Below the pieces are notes generated by a model. The model was not told the DNA's origin. It saw only the letters and a list, made by a program, of their open reading frames with translations, and did not search any database. A DNA stretch of 64,000 bases from a virus (Duplodnaviria; Caudoviricetes), in the IMG/VR virus record IMGVR_UViG_3300014204_000012, positions 16,013-80,012 of that record; one strand, written 5' to 3'. Position numbers and translations under genes: made by a program. Of the stretch, positions 42,450 to 51,685 are shown one piece after another. Every line of letters begins with the position of its first letter. Position 1 is the stretch's first letter.

Positions 42450-44246
42450 TCAATAATCTGCATACACGGGAATGAACCCAGGGGTACCATTCATGTCAAT
42501 CTGAATCTTAGCGATAGTTGCAGCCGCAGGACTACCGGTATCAGCGGTCAAACATCCGGCTTGTGCATTGAAATCAATCAGGTTCGTTACATTGGCAGTA
42601 CCATTGATCTGAATAGCCGCATTCACCGTTGAACCAACGTCAATGTGTAACATGGACTGCACAACTGAATTAGGTACACCCACTTCACTGACAATGGAAA
42701 CACCGTGGCACATTTGCGTTACGGTAGCACCGGCAGCACCATCAATGATAAACAATCCAGCGTTTACCCATCCCTTAGCTACGGTCTTATTTCCGGTTAA
42801 AAATGCCTTACCTGATATAGCGGTTAAGTGTGCGTTATCACCGGTTGTGCTTACATCGTCCGCAATAGTTAAATGTGATTGTAATGCGTAAGCATCCCAG
42901 ATGTTCTTACCTACACTGGCACGTGCCATTAAGGTTGCCAACTGGTGATTAGGCTGGTGTGCGGTTGTATTTGCTGTTTTAAAGTAGGCAGCACCGATGG
43001 TCTGGTCTCCACTTGTGCCCGCATCCGCAACGGAAACAATGTTCACCTGAACCGGGACAATACTGGCGGTTGGTGTTAACGACTTCGCTGTGTTAATGTC
43101 ACCGTACCCCAGAATGAAACTCCCCACACCCTGTACCATCGTGGAACTTGAAAAGTCAATACCCTTTGTTAGAGTACCGGCAAAGTTGATACCGGTTCCG
43201 ATGGTATTGGCAAACCCGATTCCCGTGGTTAAAGTTCCTGCTGAGTTCTCAATGCTTATGCCTTTTGTGGCTGTGCCATGAGTAACATCCACCAGGATAA
43301 CCTCACTAACTGTTGAACCCGTACCATTCTGTAAGGCCACAAAGACGTTATCAACAGTTCCAGCCGCATTGGTATTGTTGTTCACCGCAACGAGTACCGA
43401 ACAATCATTTGCGCCCGCCTTGGTGATCTGTCCTGAACCCTCAATGGAGAAATAACCACCAAGTAAACTACCTGTGCCAACGGTAACAGCCGCAGATACG
43501 TTCACAGAGGCGTTTAAGATAGCCGAAGATGCAACAGCATGTGCAAGGTTCTGTCTTAACTGAAGACACCCCACAGCGGCAAGCGCATTAGTGGCACCGG
43601 TGTCAACCCTCAACCGGGCAGCAGCAACATCAAATGCTACGTTCCCACTGTTCTTAATGTTGACCTGAATAGGAACCCAGTGATCACCTGCCAGCGTAAC
43701 GGCCATTGGTGCATCCCAACTACCGATGTTGATGAACGGCGTGTTTCTTGCTCCTGTACCTGCCGTGGTATAAGCAACAACAGATGGAGTAAGGGACTTG
43801 AAATTAGTGGCAGCGATAGACGCAGGAATGGCACTCGTGGTGACAAACACATTGGTTCCGGTTGGTGAACTTGCTGAACTAATAGCCGAAAACTGGTTGG
43901 CTGTTAAGTTGTAAGTAGCCACTGTACCCGCTGTCCTATATGTGGGTTTTTCAGTACTGGCCTCCACATATGCTGAACCCGTACCTGCTGAAATGCTTAA
44001 TGTCAACACCCAACTACCGGCTTCCAAATACGAATAATCGTATGGAAATTCGTAACGTGTGTTTGCTGAAGTTAGTGTCACCGTGCCCAGTGTGGTTGCA
44101 TCTTTCTTTATTGTCGCCACTGCCCCCGCTGAGGAAGACGACACAGACACCATTTTAACACAGTACCCCTCTGGTATTCTCCAAGTGGTAGATGTGGTAA
44201 AGGAATCTATTACCCTGTTTATACTCCTGTCTCTTGTTGTTTTCAT
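42450..44246 (-). CDS. Tail fibre/spike-like beta-rich protein
   Basis: Rich in A/T/G/S/V; internal duplication (VPIQVNI / VPVQVNI); C-terminus IQIDMNGTPGFIPVY; promoter TAACTTTG at 44267-44260. Confidence 0.65.
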   Translation of the reverse strand: MKTTRDRSINRVIDSFTTSTTWRIPEGYCVKMVSVSSSSAGAVATIKKDATTLGTVTLTSANTRYEFPYDYSYLEAGSWVLTLSISAGTGSAYVEASTEKPTYRTAGTVATYNLTANQFSAISSASSPTGTNVFVTTSAIPASIAATNFKSLTPSVVAYTTAGTGARNTPFINIGSWDAPMAVTLAGDHWVPIQVNIKNSGNVAFDVAAARLRVDTGATNALAAVGCLQLRQNLAHAVASSAILNASVNVSAAVTVGTGSLLGGYFSIEGSGQITKAGANDCSVLVAVNNNTNAAGTVDNVFVALQNGTGSTVSEVILVDVTHGTATKGISIENSAGTLTTGIGFANTIGTGINFAGTLTKGIDFSSSTMVQGVGSFILGYGDINTAKSLTPTASIVPVQVNIVSVADAGTSGDQTIGAAYFKTANTTAHQPNHQLATLMARASVGKNIWDAYALQSHLTIADDVSTTGDNAHLTAISGKAFLTGNKTVAKGWVNAGLFIIDGAAGATVTQMCHGVSIVSEVGVPNSVVQSMLHIDVGSTVNAAIQINGTANVTNLIDFNAQAGCLTADTGSPAAATIAKIQIDMNGTPGFIPVYADY

Positions 44247-44274
44247 TATGTGTTTTTTACAAAGTTAATTCATT

Positions 44275-44964
44275 TTAAAAATAATAATTGTATAATGATG
44301 TTTTTTCAGCAGAAGATAATTCCCTATTAAAAACATATACTTGATCTATTTTAGAATCAGATTTATAATTTAAAAGTCCACCTACTGAAAATATAGCATT
44401 AAGAGAATTGAAACTAAGAGTAGCAGCAAGCGTCGCAACACTTTCGACTCCATCATCCATTTTGAATTTCATTTGATTACTCGCCGCATCCTTGTCATAA
44501 CTTGCGCAGAAGAAATGCCAATTTGATGTATCCGAAAGGGTTATGTCTATATGGTTTGAAGATGCCCCCACCGTTGACCAATGACCACAAAAAAACCTTA
44601 TTTTACCCCCCTCGTAGATAATACCATAACCATCATTCCATAAAGCCTGATTTGTACAGCAAACAAAAGGATCATCATTTGACAATGAATCTGCTTTCAT
44701 CCAAAATGAGATAGTAAATTTACTCAGGTAGAACGGTGAAGCATCATTAACATAATAGCCAATTAAATAAGCATCATTATTGAAATCATATGCTTTATCG
44801 CTAATATCATTTCTATCTGATGTTAAATTAGCACCAACATTTTCTTTAAAATGGTACCCATTACCAGATGTATCATTAATATTACCAGTAAAATCATATC
44901 TTGCGAGTAATCCAGATGGCATTATAAAACCACCAAATCTATATGGATTTAAAATATATCCCAT
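44275..44964 (-). CDS. LamG / concanavalin A-like lectin domain virion protein
   Basis: MGYILNPYRF...ARYDFTGNINDTSGNG...FTISFWMK...HFFCASYD...IDQVYVFNRELSSAE. Confidence 0.8.
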   Translation of the reverse strand: MGYILNPYRFGGFIMPSGLLARYDFTGNINDTSGNGYHFKENVGANLTSDRNDISDKAYDFNNDAYLIGYYVNDASPFYLSKFTISFWMKADSLSNDDPFVCCTNQALWNDGYGIIYEGGKIRFFCGHWSTVGASSNHIDITLSDTSNWHFFCASYDKDAASNQMKFKMDDGVESVATLAATLSFNSLNAIFSVGGLLNYKSDSKIDQVYVFNRELSSAEKTSLYNYYF

Positions 44965-45013
44965 TTTGTATTTTTCATGTACGTTAAACAACGGATTGAT
45001 TGACCTCTCCATA

Positions 45014-45559
45014 TCAGACACCCGTTTTTTCCCATCCCTCGTCTATATTCGGTTCCAACCCTGATGTTATCTCTGCTACCTTTGTCTTTAATGCCACATC
45101 GTTCTTCCATATCTTCACAGCCAACGCCAGTATCTTATTCTTTATCTCCTGTTCACTCGTGGTAAGTTTCATTCCGGATACCTCACGAAAGATCGTTGCA
45201 ATCCCAAGTGTTATCAATTTTAACTGTTCGGTGAATGGAAAAACCTGGTTATTCGCATCATTCTCTGCGTTGATTACCGACGTCTGTATGTCTGCTGCTG
45301 GTCTCTTGGGTGTATTAAAAGTAATTTGATACTGATTCAACCAATTATATTCAGGGTGTGGAATAGATGTAATAGCCTCCACCCTGTTAAGAATGAATAT
45401 TCTTGAATCATAGTCCGGCTCTGCACAAGGTTGTGTCTTAATTAACCACTCCAAATCTGGATCAAGACCCGAAATCGGTTGCATATCTTCACGTGGATAA
45501 TCTGCGTGTTTAAGAATCTCGCCTGTACTCTTTCTAATCAAAACTGCTGGTGTTCCCAT
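45014..45559 (-). CDS. Fibre-associated hypothetical protein
   Basis: 181 aa between fibre genes. Confidence 0.55.
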   Translation of the reverse strand: MGTPAVLIRKSTGEILKHADYPREDMQPISGLDPDLEWLIKTQPCAEPDYDSRIFILNRVEAITSIPHPEYNWLNQYQITFNTPKRPAADIQTSVINAENDANNQVFPFTEQLKLITLGIATIFREVSGMKLTTSEQEIKNKILALAVKIWKNDVALKTKVAEITSGLEPNIDEGWEKTGV

Positions 45560-45578
45560 AATGTTATTTATTTTTAAT

Positions 45579-47759
45579 TTACCTGTATCCTTCTAAAAAC
45601 ACTTTTAATCCTGCACCCGCAATGGTGCTACCAATCTGATCAACGTCAAACGTCAACAGATCATTTTTGTGTAACTGATAACTACTTGCTGCACCTGTGA
45701 AAGTTGATGTCTCCGCATATGTACCAGATGCCGCAATAGTCAACACTGCATTTAATATTGTTGTTCCACCGTCTTCAATGTCAACCTGCAAGTCAGAGTC
45801 CGTAGGAGCCGTCTTACAGGTCGCATACGCCCTCGTAACCTTAAAGTCGAATGGAACATTAACCGATAGCTTTTCGCCCGTTGTAAGGGCTGTGGTCTCG
45901 TCTGACAGGCAATAACCGGTGACCTCAAGCGCTGTCTTACTTGACCTCAATGAAAGCGATGTCATGTACTTCGCATCGTCTGTTCCGGTATCTACATCGG
46001 TGTATGCCGCCTTTGTTAGTGCCGCCTGTTTGTTGTTAAACGTATTCCAATCCGTTGAAGATAAATACCCGTCTACACTCGTTGATGCCGCCTGCGTTGC
46101 TACGGTCTTCTGTGCGTCTGTAAAGTGTTGATAATTTCCACCTGCCGCATTTAACCCCGCAAGGTTATCGTGTAATGTTATAAGCGGTGTTGAAAAGTGG
46201 GTGCTGTGGGTTGTTCCATTGTAAGCAACGGTAACACTCGTGGTGTTGTTGCTCGTAATGAAACCCATTTGACCGAACTTGTCCGTTACGGCAATGGCAA
46301 AAGCACCCTGAACACTTGTCTGATCGTATTGGAGATAATTAGTTCCAGTTGATGTTATAGTAGGTGACGTTGAACCAAATAATTTGTTCCACACATTGAA
46401 CGTAACAGCATTCTCATTGGAATATCCCGTTGGAACAATTATAGTCGCTGTATTTACATCTGATATTGCTGATATTTGATATATCCCAGAAGGGGTTTGC
46501 AGATAGGAAGCCACCGTGTTCGTGGCATTAGCCGCAAAGTAAGTTCCTGCAAACTGACTGGAAGTTATTGTTGCTGTCCTTGTATTTGCACCTACTCCGG
46601 AAGTTGTCACACTCCCAGAAGCCACAGGAACAACCTGATAAATCTGTCTTGTCACTGTGGTTACCCTACCACCTACAACAGAGTTCACAGCAGCAAAGGT
46701 GGTGAAATCCCATGTTCCTGCATCTATGGTTGTCCTCCCTAATGCGGTATCATACAGCCACGCCACATAAGCACGTGTATCACTTGCCGCCTGTCCTACG
46801 ATTGTTTGTTCTGCGGTAACCACAGGTGTCTTTGAAAGCGAAGCAACCTGTATTCCATTACCTGCCGTACCGTCCTGTTTTAGTCCAGTAGGAGTTGTAA
46901 TTGAATTTATAACTGGTGTACTATTGTAAAACTCAATACCTGCACTTGCTGAACTCGTCACGGGGGCACCGTTTACCCATTCTGTTCCATTAAACCTCAA
47001 CACCTGATCCGCAACGGCAGAACTAACAACAACGTCACTTATGTCATTTAGGGTTTGCATTGGCCGTATATTAACATACACCCTACCCACTGATGGGTCT
47101 TTGATCATTACCCTACCGACACGGACTTCGTATCTACCAGCACTTATAGAAGTAGCAAGTGTACCGGCGGTGTCACCAAGATAAAGTGAATCCCCTACGT
47201 TAAATGAGTTTGTGTTTAGTCCATTTACGTGCCCCCTGATTGTCACATGACCATACACCGAATCTGCTATGGATGCCGTTGTAACAACACCCAAAACAAA
47301 TGCCTTTGACACATCTGAATTATCCGCAAGTGCAATGGTGGGATACCCCCCGGATGCCCCGCTGATATAAACAACATTACCGGCTACCAAAGGAGAACCG
47401 GTATTATTTAGGCAATACGCTTGTGTTTCCTGCCCAACCTGTATGGTAACATCGGTATCAACTTCAATACCCATTGTCCTCCATAGTGCATCAAAGAATA
47501 CCTTTCCCTCTGCAAATGTTCCCACCGTTGGTGATGTATCCAATAAAAACCCTTCTCCAAATGTGGGTCTTCCGTTTATCACTGTTTGCGGTGTGGTTTG
47601 ATCCAACAGAAGCGTTGATGCACTCGATATGGGTGTAATCATAACGGGGTCAAGACCAGAATCAAATCCCAATACTTTCCCGTTCTCCGCTAATACCGAC
47701 TTTTCATCAAAAGTTCCACCGGAGTTCTCTTTTACTAATTTATATGTTCCGTCTGCCAT
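45579..47759 (-). CDS. Tail fibre protein, no signal peptide
   Basis: LNDISDV...ADQVLRFNGTEWVNG fibre repeat; C-terminal SDETTALTTG...TAPTDSDLQVDI...GSTIAGAGLKV module. Confidence 0.75.
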   Translation of the reverse strand: MADGTYKLVKENSGGTFDEKSVLAENGKVLGFDSGLDPVMITPISSASTLLLDQTTPQTVINGRPTFGEGFLLDTSPTVGTFAEGKVFFDALWRTMGIEVDTDVTIQVGQETQAYCLNNTGSPLVAGNVVYISGASGGYPTIALADNSDVSKAFVLGVVTTASIADSVYGHVTIRGHVNGLNTNSFNVGDSLYLGDTAGTLATSISAGRYEVRVGRVMIKDPSVGRVYVNIRPMQTLNDISDVVVSSAVADQVLRFNGTEWVNGAPVTSSASAGIEFYNSTPVINSITTPTGLKQDGTAGNGIQVASLSKTPVVTAEQTIVGQAASDTRAYVAWLYDTALGRTTIDAGTWDFTTFAAVNSVVGGRVTTVTRQIYQVVPVASGSVTTSGVGANTRTATITSSQFAGTYFAANATNTVASYLQTPSGIYQISAISDVNTATIIVPTGYSNENAVTFNVWNKLFGSTSPTITSTGTNYLQYDQTSVQGAFAIAVTDKFGQMGFITSNNTTSVTVAYNGTTHSTHFSTPLITLHDNLAGLNAAGGNYQHFTDAQKTVATQAASTSVDGYLSSTDWNTFNNKQAALTKAAYTDVDTGTDDAKYMTSLSLRSSKTALEVTGYCLSDETTALTTGEKLSVNVPFDFKVTRAYATCKTAPTDSDLQVDIEDGGTTILNAVLTIAASGTYAETSTFTGAASSYQLHKNDLLTFDVDQIGSTIAGAGLKVFLEGYR

Positions 47760-47770
47760 AATCTATATTT

Positions 47771-50700
47771 TTACCACGAGGATAACGGGGTTCTTTTCCA
47801 AACACTGTCTTGTACACATACATAAAAATAATTAATATCGTATGCCATTTGTCCAGCCATACCCGGTGATGTCTTTGTTGCTGGTGCTGCCACCCACAGG
47901 GTAGGTGAAGTTGGGTCTTGTTCTACTACGTTACCACTTGCGTCAACTGCTAAGAACTTTGTGGTTATTCCAGAGAATGTACCCGATCCATATTGGTCAA
48001 GTCTCATACTTCCATCACCTCTTATTGAGAAAAATGGAACAGTACCAAGATAATTGTAAACAGATAAGGCATCCTGCAAACTTGTGTCACCTGCCAATAT
48101 TTTAACACCATTACAGGTTGCAATGTTATTAGCAAAATATCCAGTATATCCACTATCGCAATCATTTACAAAGTACCCCGCATATCCTATGCTATCTGAT
48201 CCAACCATTCCCTGTACTCCCATATACGATCCACTTGACGTTGACCCTATACCCTGTCTTCCCTTCTTGGCGGCAAAATAACCACCATACGCATTAAATA
48301 AATTAGAACTTGTGGCGTTTATGGCATAAGTAGCATCTGTTTCAACATACAATCCATTTTTTGACGTATTACTTAATATAGACACCTTGTATAAGGTATC
48401 AGCAGGAGTGCCAATACCAACATTGTGATCGGTTGGACTTAAGTCAACACTGTTTCCATAATGTATCCACCCATATGTGGTCAATGAATCATGTACCTGT
48501 TCTGGTGTTGCAAAATTCATGGTGCTATCCGATACTGCCGTTATCCTACCTTTTTTATCAACAGTCAAATGGACACTCTTTAATTTGCTACCAAATGATC
48601 CCACATTTGCATTTACACTATCGAGGGTTGTGATAATCGGAGTCCCTGTTACACCCGTTCCAGTTACGTCACCATCCAGTTCAATATCTGAGTTGGTCAC
48701 AGGTTGTATTATACCCCCCTGAAGTTTTATATAGTCCATGTAAAAACCGATATGAGTTGATGGTGATAACCCCGTCTTTGACCACCGGTATGCAATTCCA
48801 TTGAATGTATTTGAACTAAAGTTCACCGCTGTTAATGGTAGACTTATGTTCTGCCACGTGTTTGTGAGTGCCTTGTTTATAGGCAGTACATACGGCATTG
48901 ACACCGCATGACCATTATAAGTAAATGTTACGTTTATATTCTGTCCGGAATACATCGTAGCCCTTAACTTAAAGTAGCTAATCAAAGTTGTGTAGTCCGA
49001 AGATGTTAAATCACCCGTGTGCGCAAACTTAATTGAATCATTACTCCCTACATTACTTATTTTAATATCCTTAACGCCACTAAAAACACCCGTTCCATTG
49101 TTGAAATCCGATGTTACGCCAACTGTTGTTCCTGTCCACTCCACGTTTTCATCGTACACCATTTCATCCGATGTGATAACGGTGTCCATATCGGTAACAC
49201 CAGCAGGAACCAATACCACCGTTAACTCAATTTGATATGACGGGTCTATTGTGGGTTTCTGTGGGTTTGCGGCAGGAACACCGGTCACGAAGTCAACTGT
49301 ACCCGTGGTGTCCACAACGATAATATCCAATCGGGGTAAGGTTACATCTGCCGAATCCAATGTCACACTGTCTGTGGGTGACGTATATAGTTGTCCTTCG
49401 ATATAATAAGCAGCAGGACTAATGTCAAACTTAAACCCTGTTCTCCACGATACATTGCCCCCGCTTATTAACCCATTAGGTTTTATGAGTGTGGTTACAT
49501 CATAGTCAACGCTGTCCTTTGTGTATCTTAAATACTCAATAGGAAACAACGAATCTCTAACTGCAAACACATCGGTTACAGAAGCCGAATCCTGTGCAAA
49601 GTCATATATGCTTTTGTCGAACTCAAAATACAAACTATCACTATTCCACACGGGAAACTGACCATCTGTGGGTGAACCATACACATCCGATAAAAAGGTT
49701 AGTTTCTGGAATATGGCACGGGACACAAATATCTCACCATTTCCAACTCCCTTAACCTGACACACACCCACACCTACGCTATTCAACGGAGGTTCCGGTC
49801 TTGTATTTGTTAATGTTCCCATTGCAGACACAAACACCGGCAATCCCTCTGTAAGGCCACTGGTATTTATCTGGTGAACCACCCCAAGAACCGTGACAAG
49901 TCCATAATCGTTTTTTACAATGTCTTGGGTTGTCACACCAATAAAGGTCATGGACAATGTGTCACTCGATATATCCGTCTTGACAACGTCAACATGAGAC
50001 CCACTTGCACTCACAAGACTAACCGGTGTACCATCTGGTATGGTAGTACCAGTCTTATTCCTTACCCTCACTAATGTTTCTTGACCTAACTGAAGAATGA
50101 CACCATCCGGTAGTCCCAAGTCAACGGTTTCCTCTGTGTTGTTCCACGAAAACCTTCCAATATCTTTGGAACTCGTTGTCGTTGTGTCAATTTGCACATA
50201 CGAAGTCGTAATACCATTTGTGTATATCCCATTTGTGGTGACACTGTCGTTATCGGTTACAAACTGTAAGTCTAAAGTATCTGTGTTGAACTCGGTAACA
50301 TCAATAGTATGTGGACTAACATTTCTCCACGTGGAATCAATGGTGGTAAACCTCAGTAATTGTCCCTCCGATGCACTATCTGTTACAACATCGAGAAAGT
50401 CAGATAAGTTAACAGTAGAAAAGTCTATCGTTAATCCCAGTGAATCATTAGGCATAATCGCCAGATAATGTATCCACGTGCTATCCATTGTTCCCAACGC
50501 TGTAAACCCTGCTGTGTCCTTTAAGGAGTAGTTTAGGTTTTGTCTTGCACCATTAGGATACGTGGCATACAATCCTGCCACCACGTATGTCGAATCCGGT
50601 AATGGTGTGCTGAATGTTATCCTGTTGTCCCCAGGCGGCATCCACACGCGCCCTGTACGGTAAAAGTCGTTTATTCCATACACGTTGCTACCACCACCCA

Positions 50701-51685
50701 CACTATCGGGGAATAGAATTGATATTTCTCCGTTTCCCCTGTCAACGAGGTGATCGTCTGCAACCCTTATTTTATTTACGCTGGTCACATAAGGATAACC
50801 GTCTTCCTCCATAACAGTTAATGGCGACCCACTGCCACCATTACCCGCTATCCACTGATTTGTTATGGAATCCCATGTTAACACCTGTCCATCCGTGGGA
50901 AATGCGTTAACATCGAGGGCATCGTTTATGTTTATCTGTAATAAATGCGAATGAGAAGCCGCAGACACCACGTTCATACTCGTTCCCGTTATGGTATCAG
51001 GAGTACCCAAATCAATGAAAAGTGTGTCATTAAGATATGTCGGTGTCAGTCCATCCCGTGCTATTATCACAGTGGAATCACCCGCCCCGGTGCCATACAG
51101 GTCGTCCCCGGCTATCCACTTCTGCACTCCTGCACTCCACTTCAATACCTGACCATCTGTCGGGTGTGCATCCACATCCTTAATATCATTCAGATAAAGG
51201 AATACAACATGAGTGTGTATAAGTGAATCCTGATAATTTGTGGTGGTTCCCGTCAGTGTATCCGGCATGGGTATTTTGATACTCTGCACATCATACAGGG
51301 TGTCTATCTGACTGCCGTAGTCAATCACTAAAGTATCTATCCTGCCACTTCCCTGTGTGGTATCTATTTTACCATTACACGTGCAAAAGTTAAATACCCA
51401 CCACGAGGCATCCGGGTGATAATCCGGTGCATCCGAAGTGGAGTTGTCAATGTAATTATTAAACCTGATATAGCAGTCCCCGGCATGGTAATCCTTGCTC
51501 CACGTGATACTATCAGCACTGAACTCGTGATATGTAATATCCAACACCGGAACATAAATGTGCCTATAAATGAAACTATTTTCTGTTTCAGTTATGTCGG
51601 TGCTTAAAATGTGGCGTTCCACTATCCCCTGTGAGAAGGCAATAGTGGAAAGCAGTAAAAAGAATATCGTTAATATTTTTCTCAT
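47771..51685 (-). CDS. 1304-aa tail-fibre-like protein with Sec signal peptide
   Basis: MRKILTIFFLLLSTIAFS|Q; repeated L.D..DV...PTDGQVL.W motifs; C-terminal GQMAYDINYFYVCVQDSVWKRTPLSSW; 36 D[ST][AILVMT]. Confidence 0.8.
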   Translation of the reverse strand: MRKILTIFFLLLSTIAFSQGIVERHILSTDITETENSFIYRHIYVPVLDITYHEFSADSITWSKDYHAGDCYIRFNNYIDNSTSDAPDYHPDASWWVFNFCTCNGKIDTTQGSGRIDTLVIDYGSQIDTLYDVQSIKIPMPDTLTGTTTNYQDSLIHTHVVFLYLNDIKDVDAHPTDGQVLKWSAGVQKWIAGDDLYGTGAGDSTVIIARDGLTPTYLNDTLFIDLGTPDTITGTSMNVVSAASHSHLLQININDALDVNAFPTDGQVLTWDSITNQWIAGNGGSGSPLTVMEEDGYPYVTSVNKIRVADDHLVDRGNGEISILFPDSVGGGSNVYGINDFYRTGRVWMPPGDNRITFSTPLPDSTYVVAGLYATYPNGARQNLNYSLKDTAGFTALGTMDSTWIHYLAIMPNDSLGLTIDFSTVNLSDFLDVVTDSASEGQLLRFTTIDSTWRNVSPHTIDVTEFNTDTLDLQFVTDNDSVTTNGIYTNGITTSYVQIDTTTTSSKDIGRFSWNNTEETVDLGLPDGVILQLGQETLVRVRNKTGTTIPDGTPVSLVSASGSHVDVVKTDISSDTLSMTFIGVTTQDIVKNDYGLVTVLGVVHQINTSGLTEGLPVFVSAMGTLTNTRPEPPLNSVGVGVCQVKGVGNGEIFVSRAIFQKLTFLSDVYGSPTDGQFPVWNSDSLYFEFDKSIYDFAQDSASVTDVFAVRDSLFPIEYLRYTKDSVDYDVTTLIKPNGLISGGNVSWRTGFKFDISPAAYYIEGQLYTSPTDSVTLDSADVTLPRLDIIVVDTTGTVDFVTGVPAANPQKPTIDPSYQIELTVVLVPAGVTDMDTVITSDEMVYDENVEWTGTTVGVTSDFNNGTGVFSGVKDIKISNVGSNDSIKFAHTGDLTSSDYTTLISYFKLRATMYSGQNINVTFTYNGHAVSMPYVLPINKALTNTWQNISLPLTAVNFSSNTFNGIAYRWSKTGLSPSTHIGFYMDYIKLQGGIIQPVTNSDIELDGDVTGTGVTGTPIITTLDSVNANVGSFGSKLKSVHLTVDKKGRITAVSDSTMNFATPEQVHDSLTTYGWIHYGNSVDLSPTDHNVGIGTPADTLYKVSILSNTSKNGLYVETDATYAINATSSNLFNAYGGYFAAKKGRQGIGSTSSGSYMGVQGMVGSDSIGYAGYFVNDCDSGYTGYFANNIATCNGVKILAGDTSLQDALSVYNYLGTVPFFSIRGDGSMRLDQYGSGTFSGITTKFLAVDASGNVVEQDPTSPTLWVAAPATKTSPGMAGQMAYDINYFYVCVQDSVWKRTPLSSW

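Noticed and set aside
38845-51685. Type IX secretion of the signal-peptide proteins
   Set aside because: Neither C-terminus resembles a T9SS sorting domain; one ends in a phage-fibre motif.
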